NCBI GenBank assembly: GCA_965644315.1
Contig: CBFFRQ010000054.1
Span: 372,001-436,000, forward strand
DNA length: 64,000 nucleotides
Reading direction: 5' to 3'
Source: Caecitellus pseudoparvulus
Lineage: Eukaryota > Protista > Bigyra: Bicosoecida
The first letter of the stretch is position 1; every line of letters begins with the position of its first letter. The position numbers and the translations under genes were made by a program. The notes under the pieces are model-generated. The model saw only the letters and a program-made list of their open reading frames with translations. It was not told where the DNA came from and did not search any database. Below, piece by piece: positions 33,668-45,392 of the stretch.

Positions 33668-34011
33668 GGCACGGGAAGGCGTGGTGACGAGGCGTTTCAC
33701 ACAAATCCGCTGCAGTGCTTTGAAGGCACAGTGCAAGCAGGCGCTTGCAGAGCAAACTCAGTCGAGGAAAGAAGCACCACGTCGGCAGGCAGTCACATTC
33801 GATGTTGCTGGGTGTCTGGAATGGTGACGATGACCGTGGAAGGATGGAACCGCCGGCGGCACTCTCACAACGTTTCGTTGCATCATTCACGGGACTCATT
33901 TATATCCTGGGTTCTCGCTAGAACCCTGCATTCGCTCCTCAGTACTTTCAGAAAGCCCTCCACGCATTGTCACTACTCCATTGCTGACCAGCTGGTTGCG
34001 TTGTGGTCCCC

Positions 34012-34415
34012 GTAAGTGTCTCACCTCCGGCCAGTCACTCTTGTTTGCGCCGTTTGGCTGGCTGTGCCTTTCCTCTCTGCTGTGTCGAAACGCCCAGACG
34101 TGGCCTGGGATGGCTGCCGGCACAACCCAGCTGGATGTGTTGGCGAGAAGGTGGCAGTTTGTGTTAGCATGTCTGTGCCTTCAGAGCCATGCTGTGCGGT
34201 AGGGTGGAGCAACCACACCTGAGCCGCCACTGGCTCAGCTGCGGAATTTGCCATCATCCGCAGCCCACTCTGGTTCCCTCTTGGAGGGAGCTACTCGGCT
34301 CCACGGAGCCCACCCTTCCCATCAAGTGCTTCAGTCTCCCCGGCATTCCCACTGTGTCTATGCGTGTCTCTTGTGTGCACCTGGCCCCACTGCTGACCTC
34401 GCCCTGCCTTCGCAG
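34012..34415 (+). promoter_or_regulatory. Predicted 404-nt 5'-UTR intron of RPS6 containing a multi-hairpin RNA element
   Basis: Donor GTAAGT at 34012, branch-like TGCTGAC at 34391-34397, pyrimidine tract and CGCAG acceptor at 34415, 26 nt before the RPS6 ATG. TATA-like ATTTATAT at ~33898. Several inverted repeats lie inside. Confidence 0.6.
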
Positions 34416-34441
34416 ACACACACAGCAGCACCCCGACAGCC

Positions 34442-35149
34442 ATGAAGCTGAACCTGGCCAACCCCGCCACCGGGGCCATGAAGGTCCTGAACATCGATGA
34501 CGAGAAGGTGCTCGTCAACTTCTACGACAAGCGCATGTCTCAGACCGTCCCCGGCGACATCCTGGGTGATGAGTTCAAGGGTTACGAGTTCAAGATCACC
34601 GGCGGAAACGACAAGCAGGGTTTCCCCATGATGCAGGGCGTCATGTCCGCCAACCGCGTGCGTCTGCTCATGTCCAAGGGCTTCTGCTACTACCGCCCCC
34701 GCCGCACCGGCGAGCGCAAGCGCAAGTCTGTCCGTGGCTGCATCGTCGGCCCCGACCTTGCCGTGCTCAACCTGCTGGTGACCCAGACCGGCGAGAGCGA
34801 GGTTGTCGGACTCACCGATGAGGCCAGCGCCCAGCCCGCCCGCCTCGGCCCCAAGCGTGCCAACCACATCCGTCAGCTGTTCAACCTGACCAAGGAGGAC
34901 GACGTCCGCAAGTACGTCATGTCCCGCGAGGTCAAGCAGAAGAACGGCAAGACCACCACCAAGCGCCCCAAGATCCAGCGCCTCATCACCCCCAAGACCC
35001 TCGCCCGCAAGCGCGCCCGCATGGCCGCCAAGGAGGCACAGCGCGTCAAGTCCATCAAGGAGGCTGAGGCGTACGAGGCCCTGCGCTCCAAGCGCCTTGC
35101 TGAGCGCAAGGAGCGCAAGAGCAGCCGCAAGAGCAGCCGCAAGGAGTAA
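34442..35149 (+). CDS. RPS6: 40S ribosomal protein eS6
   Basis: [66 protein letters not shown]; strong codon bias. Confidence 0.98.
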   Translation: MKLNLANPATGAMKVLNIDDEKVLVNFYDKRMSQTVPGDILGDEFKGYEFKITGGNDKQGFPMMQGVMSANRVRLLMSKGFCYYRPRRTGERKRKSVRGCIVGPDLAVLNLLVTQTGESEVVGLTDEASAQPARLGPKRANHIRQLFNLTKEDDVRKYVMSREVKQKNGKTTTKRPKIQRLITPKTLARKRARMAAKEAQRVKSIKEAEAYEALRSKRLAERKERKSSRKSSRKE

Positions 35150-35470
35150 ATTTGCGTTGCACTCTTCACAGCAATGCATTGATTGGAGGTTCACGTGGCT
35201 CCTTCCCAGGCAGGGATGCCGATGGCGGAAATGCTCAGAGACCATCGAGCTAAGAGTGACTTGGGACTGATGGATGGCTTGGAGCTGAAGCAAAGGAGTC
35301 TGGCAGGTGAGTCATGGGCATGGCTGAGCTCAAAACAGCGAACACATCTTGGACGTGCAGTGAAGACAGACTGCCGATCCTCCGATGACACTGCGCTGAG
35401 CCTCCTTTGCTGTTTTGCAGACTAGGGTGTCGGAGTGAGCGGGAAGTGCGGAAACTGCATCCACCACGCC

Positions 35471-36400
35471 ATGGCTGATGGCAGCGACAGTGAGTCAGTG
35501 GTGGGGCGATGGAAGGCTGCATGCGACGGGGAGCAGGTAGATGTATTGCTGAGCATACTTGAGAGGTGCGGTGGTGGTGCGGGTGTGGGTCTGGAAGGAC
35601 TGTCAAGGGAAGAGACGACCGCTGGCTTCATGGTTGCTTGTAAAACGGGACACGCTGGACTGCTGCGTGAGCTGCTGGCGCTGGCAGGGGATCTTGCAGT
35701 GGATGTGCATGTGGGCCCGGAGGACTGTCCTGAGGCAGGGTTTCGGTTCGCCTGCCAGAATGGACACGTGGATGTGGTTCGGGAGCTCTTGTCATTGACG
35801 GGGGATCGAGCCGTGGATGTGCACGCAGGGCTTGGGAGCGATCCTGAGTATGGCTTCCGGCTTGCCTGTGTGAACGGACATGTGGACGTGGTGCGCGAGC
35901 TGCTCAAGCTCAGCGATGAACGGGAAGTGGACGTGCATGCTCCCTTCTGGGGCGAGCCTGAGGCTGGCTTCCTCGGTGCCTGCGAGAAGGGGCACGTGGA
36001 TGTTCTGAGAGAGCTCCTCGCGTTGAGCGGGCATCGAGAAGTTAATGTGCATGTAGGGTCTGGTGGCACGCCAGAGGCTGGCTTCCTGGCTGCCTGTCAG
36101 TTTGGACACACTGATGTGGTTCGAGAGCTGTTGGCCCTGAGCGGGCACCGTGAAGTAGACGTCCACGTACAAGACTGGGGCGTTCCAGAAATTTGCTTTC
36201 GACGGGCCTTTCAGAATGGGCATGCAGGTGTGCTGCGTGAGCTGTTGGGCCTCACTGGCCATCGAGCCACCCCCATGCAGACACGCCTTGAGGTAGGGGA
36301 GGGGGCTGTGCAGCCGGCCAAGGACGCGGTGTGGGCCGGCACGAGCACTCGACAGGGTCGCGTGGCCATGCTGCTGCTGCGGGCTTCTCGAACGGCCTAG
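35471..36400 (+). CDS. Ankyrin-repeat protein A (N-cap plus six 38-aa modules, the last merging into a C-cap); predicted 5'-UTR intron 35307-35420
   Basis: ATG in CCACGCCATGG context; modules of the form EAGFRxACxNGHVDVVRELLxLxGxRxVDVHxxxxxxP. Confidence 0.85.
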   Translation: MADGSDSESVVGRWKAACDGEQVDVLLSILERCGGGAGVGLEGLSREETTAGFMVACKTGHAGLLRELLALAGDLAVDVHVGPEDCPEAGFRFACQNGHVDVVRELLSLTGDRAVDVHAGLGSDPEYGFRLACVNGHVDVVRELLKLSDEREVDVHAPFWGEPEAGFLGACEKGHVDVLRELLALSGHREVNVHVGSGGTPEAGFLAACQFGHTDVVRELLALSGHREVDVHVQDWGVPEICFRRAFQNGHAGVLRELLGLTGHRATPMQTRLEVGEGAVQPAKDAVWAGTSTRQGRVAMLLLRASRTA

Positions 36401-36749
36401 CTGCTCAGTCTGCTTCCTGTGCATTCCTCAGGCCACCATTAGCACTGGATCCCTGCAATACACAGCTGATTTCTCAATACAAGGGCTTGCATGGCCGCCT
36501 CTGGCACACAACGCGTCCAACGTACTGCCACCTCCATGAAGGAAGGTCCATGAATGAGGGTGTGTTTCTACACCCATGGCCGGGTGGGGATTCTCAAACC
36601 ACTCTTCGTGGGAATGCAGTGTAGTCCAGGCTCCGCACCCCTGCGATATGTTCACGTTGGCCAAGACGCTTGCGGCCTTTGCTTGAGTCGGTGGCAATGA
36701 GACAAGAAGTACATACTCTCCGTGCATTGTGGTGAGAGTTAAAAGGCGC

Positions 36750-38800
36750 TCAAGTTCAATCGACGAACTTGCTCGAGCTTGACTCTGACCCAACTTGCAC
36801 GAAAAGTGGGGGCCAGTAGAGAGAGAAGCCTCTATCGATTGAAGCAAGTGAAGAAGAAGCAAAAAGCAGGAAAGGCGACGAAAACGCAGCTGCATGCTCC
36901 CCAATGAAACGTATTCCTTCCGTCTTGAAATGTGGCCCTTGTACAAAGGCGCCACAAGGGATGAAAGTTGATGATTGTGTCGGGACGAATGTGGGCTTCA
37001 TGCCAAGAGGAGAAAACCCTTGCATGGAAACGCACTACAAAACTGGTGTTGCTTGTCCGCGCTGCAGAGGACATACGTCGCGCAAAGTCTCGAACATTTG
37101 TGCACTGCATGGATTCAAAATTGTTGCTCACAATCACAGCTGAAGGTATTCCTCAGTCCAGCACAGACTTCAAAGAAGCACCCTTCAAATTCATGCGTGG
37201 CATGCTCTTGCCATATCAATAAAGTTCTGGTTCAACAAAAGAGGGCTGCTAGAAAATTATATGTGTCTCGATTTTCTCTCATTAAAGCTGTTCCGCGCGA
37301 AAGCCCATTGAGCTACAACATTGCCATGCGCAACTCATCAACAAGAATACAGATGCGACCTCTCGACACAAATGAACGACTCCAATCGACATATATCTTG
37401 AATGTATGTTCAGGGCAGATCTTCCAAGCAAGCTCTGATGAGGCCTTATTCGATTGGTCGTCAAATTGAGTGTAAGCAGCAATTTCCTTCCCCACATTTT
37501 CCCTCTGAAATGACGAAAATCCGCTCGCAGAAGTCATTTTTGTCGTTCCATTCTCCTTCATCCGCAATGCGTACCAGCATAAGTTCTCGTTTATTTAAAC
37601 GCTTCAAGCGGTCGTGCTTGGTGGAGTGAGATAAAATGTTCATGCGGCACAGTGTAAAACAAAGGAAGAACTGCATCACATTGCAGCAACGCACAAAACG
37701 TGACTCCTCATGTGCTACCCCACAGCCATCCATAAAGCCTCTGCTGTATTGGAGGTGAAAGGAAGAGTGATTCTTTTCATGCAAAGACTTCCCTTACTCA
37801 TTTTCAGAGAATCTGGCTCATGAGAACTCAAGGATCTTCTGCCTCAAGCACCACAAGAAGCACTCCATACTTTCATTCCTAAAGCAAGCTGCCTTGCGTT
37901 CCTCTCAGTTTTGCGTCTTTAATTACATGAAGAGGTTCCCACATGTTTATGTGTGGGGAGGAATTGTCATTGCTTCGGCTCTGGTGCAAAAGTTGCAGGT
38001 GACGGATGGGTTGTACTTCAAAACGTAGTGTAGATTTTTGATCGGTTTTCAGATGAGATTTATGTCTGCCCATCTTTGCTTGAGGACGAGTCCGAGTTGT
38101 TTGCAGCAGGTTCCCGACAAAATGAAGCACTCTCAAGCAGATGTGAACGCTGCTGGCTCCTCGTAGTCAAGTGATGCCGACTTCTTTGATGAAACTTGTT
38201 ATCTCTTCGTATCATCTTCGCAGCCAACGCTCAAAATTGAACTGGACCGGTTAGGACTATGCGCGGAGTTTCCACTGATTGACCATTTCCTTGAGTTTCT
38301 GTACAAGCTCAAAAATAAACGCAAAATCTGCTTTGTTATTTCTGAGCAAGCGTTGAAGACAAAAGTTTGTTCATCGAGGCATGCACCGTGTTCTATCAAG
38401 AGGAGGAGTGAGTCCTTTCGCCATCTGTTTCCACCAGCACAGTATTTGCGCGTTCGATTTCTCTCATGCACTGGACGGTATCTCGAATGACTTTGCTTTC
38501 ACTTACCAGGGAAAAGATACTGCAGTTGGGTTTATGTCATCAGATCGTGTGACTTGGGTTCTTGTACAAGACTCAGACTTCATACTTGCATTTGAGTCAT
38601 TCTGCTTGGGAGAAGACTTGAGGTGTCGAGCGGGTAATGTGATGCAAAGGAGTCAATTAAGCCGTGCCCTTTGCTCTAACAATGCGCAGATCGGGTTTGT
38701 AAAGTTCTGTGAGAAAAGTGCCGTTTTCCTGGGACTTGCAGCCCATGGTTTTTCCGGGCGAGGTTTGCCCGAGGTGCATTCTGTGTGATTGTTGAGCGCA
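36750..38800. other. Low-GC island with no recognisable gene
   Basis: Sample lines 37201-37260 (22/60 G+C) and 38281-38340 (20/60) versus 24541-24600 (49/60). Only short ORFs without host-like codon bias or motifs I recognise. Confidence 0.8.
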
Positions 38801-39111
38801 AAGCGGGCCAAAAGCTTTCCTCACGCCAATGTCCTGTATTGGCAGAATTGCCACCCTCTTTCGCAGAGGCCACGAGTCCAACTTACCAGTTGAAGACCCA
38901 GCTCTGGCGTGAAGCCATAGCAACAGTGCATTTCTGCAAGAAGGGTCACGCATAGCCGAACTCTGCAAGAGGTGGGGGGAACGGCCTCTGTGGTGAACCC
39001 GCCTTTCTGGTAGAATCAACACTTTGGACGTCATGAAGGAACGCACTTGCCCAGTTGTGGATACCACAGCTGTGTTGCAGGAGGCCAGTGGACAGGACGT
39101 ATCCCGGGTGG

Positions 39112-40443
39112 CTAGGCTGGTCGAGAAGCCCGCAGCAGCAGCATGGCACTGCGTCCCTGCCGCGTGCTGGTGCCGTGCCAAGCAGCATCCTTGGCCGGCT
39201 GCACAGCCACCTCCCCAGCGGCAAGTCGAGACTGCAGTGGAATGGCTCGATGTCCGGTGAGGCCTAGCAGCTCACGCAGCACACCCACCTGTCCTGTTGC
39301 GCATGCACGTCGAAAGCCGTACTCGGGTTTACCCTCAGGACCAGCATGCACGTCCACCTCACGATGCCCACTCAGAGCCAACAGTTCGCGGACCACATCC
39401 GAATGCCCTCTCTCACAGGCAACATCGAAGCTATACTCAGGCCAGCCCCACGTCCCGGCATGCATCTCGAAGCCAAGGTGGAAGTAACCCTCAAGATCAA
39501 ACGAGTCCGTCGACGCATGCACATCCACCTCGCGATGCTCATCTAGAGCCAGCTGCTCACGAATCGCATCCAAGTCCTCGTTCCCCAAAGGGGTCAGGAA
39601 GCTTTTCTCCAACTCGTGCCAATCCCCAACATGCACATCCACCTCACGATGCCCAGTCAGCGCCAGCAGCTCACGCACCACATCAATGTGCCCATTCATG
39701 CAGGCAGCTCGGAAGCCAGCCTCAGGCCTGCCCTCAGGACCAGCGTGCACGTCCACCTCGCGGTGCCCGGTCAATGCCAGCAGCTCCTTCACCACATCAA
39801 TGTGCCCGAAATGGCAGGCAGCTCGGAAGCCAGTCTCAGGCCTGCCCTCAGGCCCTGCATGCACATCCACCTCGCGATGCCCTGTCAATGCCAAGAGCTC
39901 ACGCACCACATCGATGTTCCCATGCTCGCAGGCAAGTCGGAAGCCAGCCTCAGGCACGCCCCCAGCTCCAGCATGTACATCCACCGCACGGTCACCCGTG
40001 AGGGCCAGCAGCTCGCGCACCACATCCAGGTGTCCATTGCGACATGCCCATTGAAAGCCTTGCTCGGCCATGCCGTTGACTCCTGCATGTACGTCCACTG
40101 TCCGCTCACCGCCCAACGCAAGCAGCTCACGCACAACAGCCAAGTGCCCGTTCTGGCACGCATATCGGAAGCCAGCCTCAGCCCCATGCTGGTCTTCCGC
40201 GTGTACATCCACGGCAAGCTCACCCTCCAACCCCAACAACTCGCACAACAATCCAACGTGTCCTTTCTTGCAGGCAGCCCAAAGGCCAGCCGTCCTATCA
40301 GCACGAGACAATCCTGCTTACAGCGCGCCCAAACCACCCCCACTGCACTCCTGCAGCATGCTCAGCAGCACATCTACCTGCTCATCAAAGCATGCAGCCT
40401 GCCATCGACCCACCACTGGCTGACTGCCGCTGTCGTCAGCCAT
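39112..40443 (-). pseudogene. Ankyrin-repeat paralogue B (nine modules) with in-frame TAA at codon 42 (40318-40320); predicted 5'-UTR intron 40493-40607
   Basis: ATG at 40443 in the same CCACGCCATGG context gives MADDSGSQPVVGRWQAACFDEQVDVLLSMLQECSGGGLGAL*AGLSRA..., collinear with paralogue A (MADGSDSESVVGRWKAACDGEQVDVLLSILERC...). The rest of the frame is open. Could be a pseudogene, an allele or a base error. Confidence 0.7.
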
Positions 40444-40856
40444 GGCGTGGTGGGGTTGCGTATGGCGCAAGTGCTGCCGCCAAGCAGCTCACCTGCACAG
40501 CAGCACAGGCGGCACAGCACAGAATGACAAGAGTAACCAATATCCGATGTACAATGCAGGGTGAAGATTTGGGTGTTAGTTTTGACGCAGCTCCGACAAT
40601 GTCGCACCTGCCTGGACTGCATTGCTGCTAAACCTTCTCGCATCCATGCAAACGTGCTCCAACACAGCGCCTCCAAAGCGTGCTGGGGCGACTTTTCCAA
40701 GGAACCCGACCTCATCCAACACTTTTATGGCCACAAGCATGCACCGACAGACACCACGGCTCCCCAGCCGTTTCCAGCATCCCGAGCGCTGTCTCGCTCT
40801 CCAATTCCACAAGTCACAAAGTGATAGACGCAGTAAAGTGCACGTACTTATGAAAT

Positions 40857-40929
40857 ACCTTGCTAGCTCAGTTGGTAGAGCGTACGACTCTTAATCGTAC
40901 GGTCACGGGATCGAGACCCGTGTGAGGTG
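40857..40929 (+). tRNA. tRNA-Lys(CTT), intronless, 73 nt
   Basis: Acceptor ACCTTGC/GTGAGGT, D arm GCTC-AGTTGGTA-GAGC, anticodon arm TACGA-CTCTTAA-TCGTA (CTT at 40890-40892), T arm ACGGG-ATCGAGA-CCCGT, discriminator G. Confidence 0.93.
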
Positions 40930-40930
40930 C

Positions 40931-40936
40931 TTTTTT
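40931..40936 (+). terminator. RNA polymerase III oligo-T terminator
   Basis: TTTTTT begins 2 nt after the tRNA discriminator. Confidence 0.85.
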
Positions 40937-41041
40937 GTTCATCCCTAAAAATCTCCCGTTTTCGCTCCAAGTACGAGCTGCACCAGCTTCATGCGCATTT
41001 GTGTTACAAGCTGTGCACTTTTCGCATGTATTTGATCGTTT

Positions 41042-41674
41042 TTATGAATCTTTGTCGCCAGTCGCTGTTCCTTCGCGCTTGTCCGGCGCAGGGGCAGGCG
41101 ATCCGCTGCCACAACACGTTGGCTGCGGCGATGCCTTCCGGCCCGCATACTGTGCGCCAAGCAGCAGGGCAGCTCCAGATATGGCGGCTGGTGCATGGAG
41201 GGAGTGTGGTACCAGGCAAGGCATAGCTGCGATGGCACATGGTAGGTGGACAGCGGCGATCACGCCCATGCCTGTGAAGCCCGCCGCAGTCAGCACGCCC
41301 TGGCCGTGAGCCTTGTGCAAGCGGGCCAGAGACCACGCCCCAAAAGGGAGCACCAGTCCGAGGCTGCTGTACATGACCACCTCGTGGGCTGCAGCTTCGA
41401 GGCCTGGCGGCGCGAGGTTGCCGAGGACTGGTAGTGCGGCTGTCAGAGCCGGCAGCACTGTGCAGTTGACAGCGCACAGGGTCGCGGCAGCGGAGGCCAG
41501 CCAATCGACCTTATCGGGGCTCGCCTGGCTGGCGAAGTTGCTGCGTTGCCTGGTGTGCGTCGGGTGCGGGAGCAATTGCTTGCGTTGCGTCCCCGGCACA
41601 GCTCGCACCAGCACACTGCGCACTCGCTGCCGTGCCGCCCCCCGCGCCAGCCTTGAAAATGAGATAGGGTTCAT
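41042..41674 (-). CDS. MerC-domain-like small multi-TM membrane protein with an Arg-rich, presequence-like N-terminus
   Basis: DKVDWLASAAATLCAVNCTVLPAL resembles the MerC first helix (D...S.LC..HC..LP); His-containing loops (AHE, LHKAHG), further hydrophobic helices and a C-terminal TCC. Confidence 0.65.
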   Translation of the reverse strand: MNPISFSRLARGAARQRVRSVLVRAVPGTQRKQLLPHPTHTRQRSNFASQASPDKVDWLASAAATLCAVNCTVLPALTAALPVLGNLAPPGLEAAAHEVVMYSSLGLVLPFGAWSLARLHKAHGQGVLTAAGFTGMGVIAAVHLPCAIAAMPCLVPHSLHAPAAISGAALLLGAQYAGRKASPQPTCCGSGSPAPAPDKREGTATGDKDS

Positions 41675-42068
41675 GCCAGTAGTGTGCTTCCAGCCTAGAC
41701 CCTGACCAGTTCACCGGGCAGCCTCGTGGCTGCAGCGCTTGTATTCCCACGCACACCGCCGCCGATACCGCACAGCACCAGACTCTTCAGCACGCGTCCC
41801 TGACAGCACCAACACCCATTCCGTAAGGTATGCGCGATTCGGACCATATGGAGAAATTGTGCGCGGGCGTGAGTTTTCACTCGTGTTGCGTTTTGGGTCG
41901 TTCATTGCGCTGTGCTTGTTTGCCGACCCTCGGCGAAATGTACGCCTCCACACTTGCAAGCGCGACAATGTGCGGAGGAAAGACCGATGCCCGCAATAAA
42001 ACCCACCAATGCCCCTTCACTACCTATTCCCTCTTCTTCCCCATAAGCTCGCTTTGACAACATCCGCC

Positions 42069-44455
<2,387 letters not shown>

Positions 44456-45392
44456 GCCCTGTCCTTGGGGCTCGCATCGAACGGCAGCCAATTCACGTTC
44501 AAGTCGCTTTGGACTGGTGGCTGCGTGTCCTCCGTAGTCGGCAGAGGAGCGCTAGCAGGCGCTGCCGAGGCAGCCGAAGTAAGCAGTCCTTCATCTGGTG
44601 CTGGAGGCGTTGATGGTGTGCTTTCTGAATGCGAAGTTTGTGCCAGGCCCTCACGGGGCTCTTGTGCAAACAGGTGCACGTGCTGTGCCGGGCCACAGGC
44701 CAACGCGGCGCTCACTGCCAGCAGAACTGCTGCGCAGGCAACTGGACGAAGGTGTGCCTTGGCAATCCGGGTGGCTGCCTCGCCCCAACCGTGTTTTTGG
44801 GTGCCCCTGAGGGTTTTGGGCGTGCCGTGCTTGCTGGCGGATTTAGAGACAGCAACAGTGGCGCCCTGTGTCACTCTGCTCGAATGCAGCAGGTCTTCGG
44901 CCCTGGTAAAGAATCGCCACGGGCGGCCGGGAAAAAATTCACCGCTCTCAACAGATACAGATTCCCCGTGCCCTGGCTCCGTCATGGTGAGCGCTTCAGG
45001 TGGTGGGAATGGGGCCAGCGAATGACTCTGGCGGTCCGGCGCTGATGCTCCTGCGTAGCCTGCAAACGCTCAACTGCAGTGGGCTCCGACGATACTCGTA
45101 CATCAATGAGGTGTAAATATGGGCAAGTGCTCTGCATCTTTGCCATGAACTTCATTTTGCGTGCATTGCCTTGGCGCTTTGCAACCCAGCCACTTGGCCT
45201 TCTCCGCAGCTGGCCATGCCGGAGGTGGCACCTGAGGCCGACGCACACATCTCAAGGAATGTACAAGTGCGCAACTCGTACTGGCAGGGCCACCGTGTCC
45301 CAGCTTGTCTGCACTGCCGCCTGGCACACCCTCTGGCAACGTGCCACACACTTTGCGCCAAGCCAGAGAAGCGTGCTGGGTTTACGCCCACC

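Larger units (their letters stand above)
35270..40650. repeat. Diverged inverted duplication (arms ~35270-36750 and ~38790-40650) including UTR intron, ankyrin CDS and ~300 nt of 3' flank
   Basis: Alignment by eye: shared GGCAG|GT donor, introns of 114 vs 115 nt, shared CCACCACGCCATGGCTGA, and 3'-flank blocks such as CACTGG..CCTGCAA..CACAGCTG, AATGCA.TGT.G and GGCCT.TGC....G..GGTGGCAAT. Boundaries approximate. Confidence 0.7.

Noticed and set aside
34201-34330. TPP riboswitch or snoRNA in the RPS6 intron
   Set aside because: It has CTGAGC rather than CTGAGA and lacks the CCTGAT...AATxCxxGCG core; no RTGATGA box or H/ACA layout was found.
35307-35420. UTR intron length (114 nt) equal to the ankyrin module length (114 nt)
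   Set aside because: No visible sequence similarity between the intron and the module; probably coincidence.
36904-37469. Cys-rich short ORFs in the low-GC island as a zinc-finger or transposase
   Set aside because: Short, stop-interrupted and without DDE, RT or integrase motifs I can recognise; a mobile-element call is not supported without a search.
40318-40320. Stop-codon reassignment (TAA read as sense)
   Set aside because: TAA terminates RPS6 and GAR1 normally, and the very long ORFs contain no internal stops.
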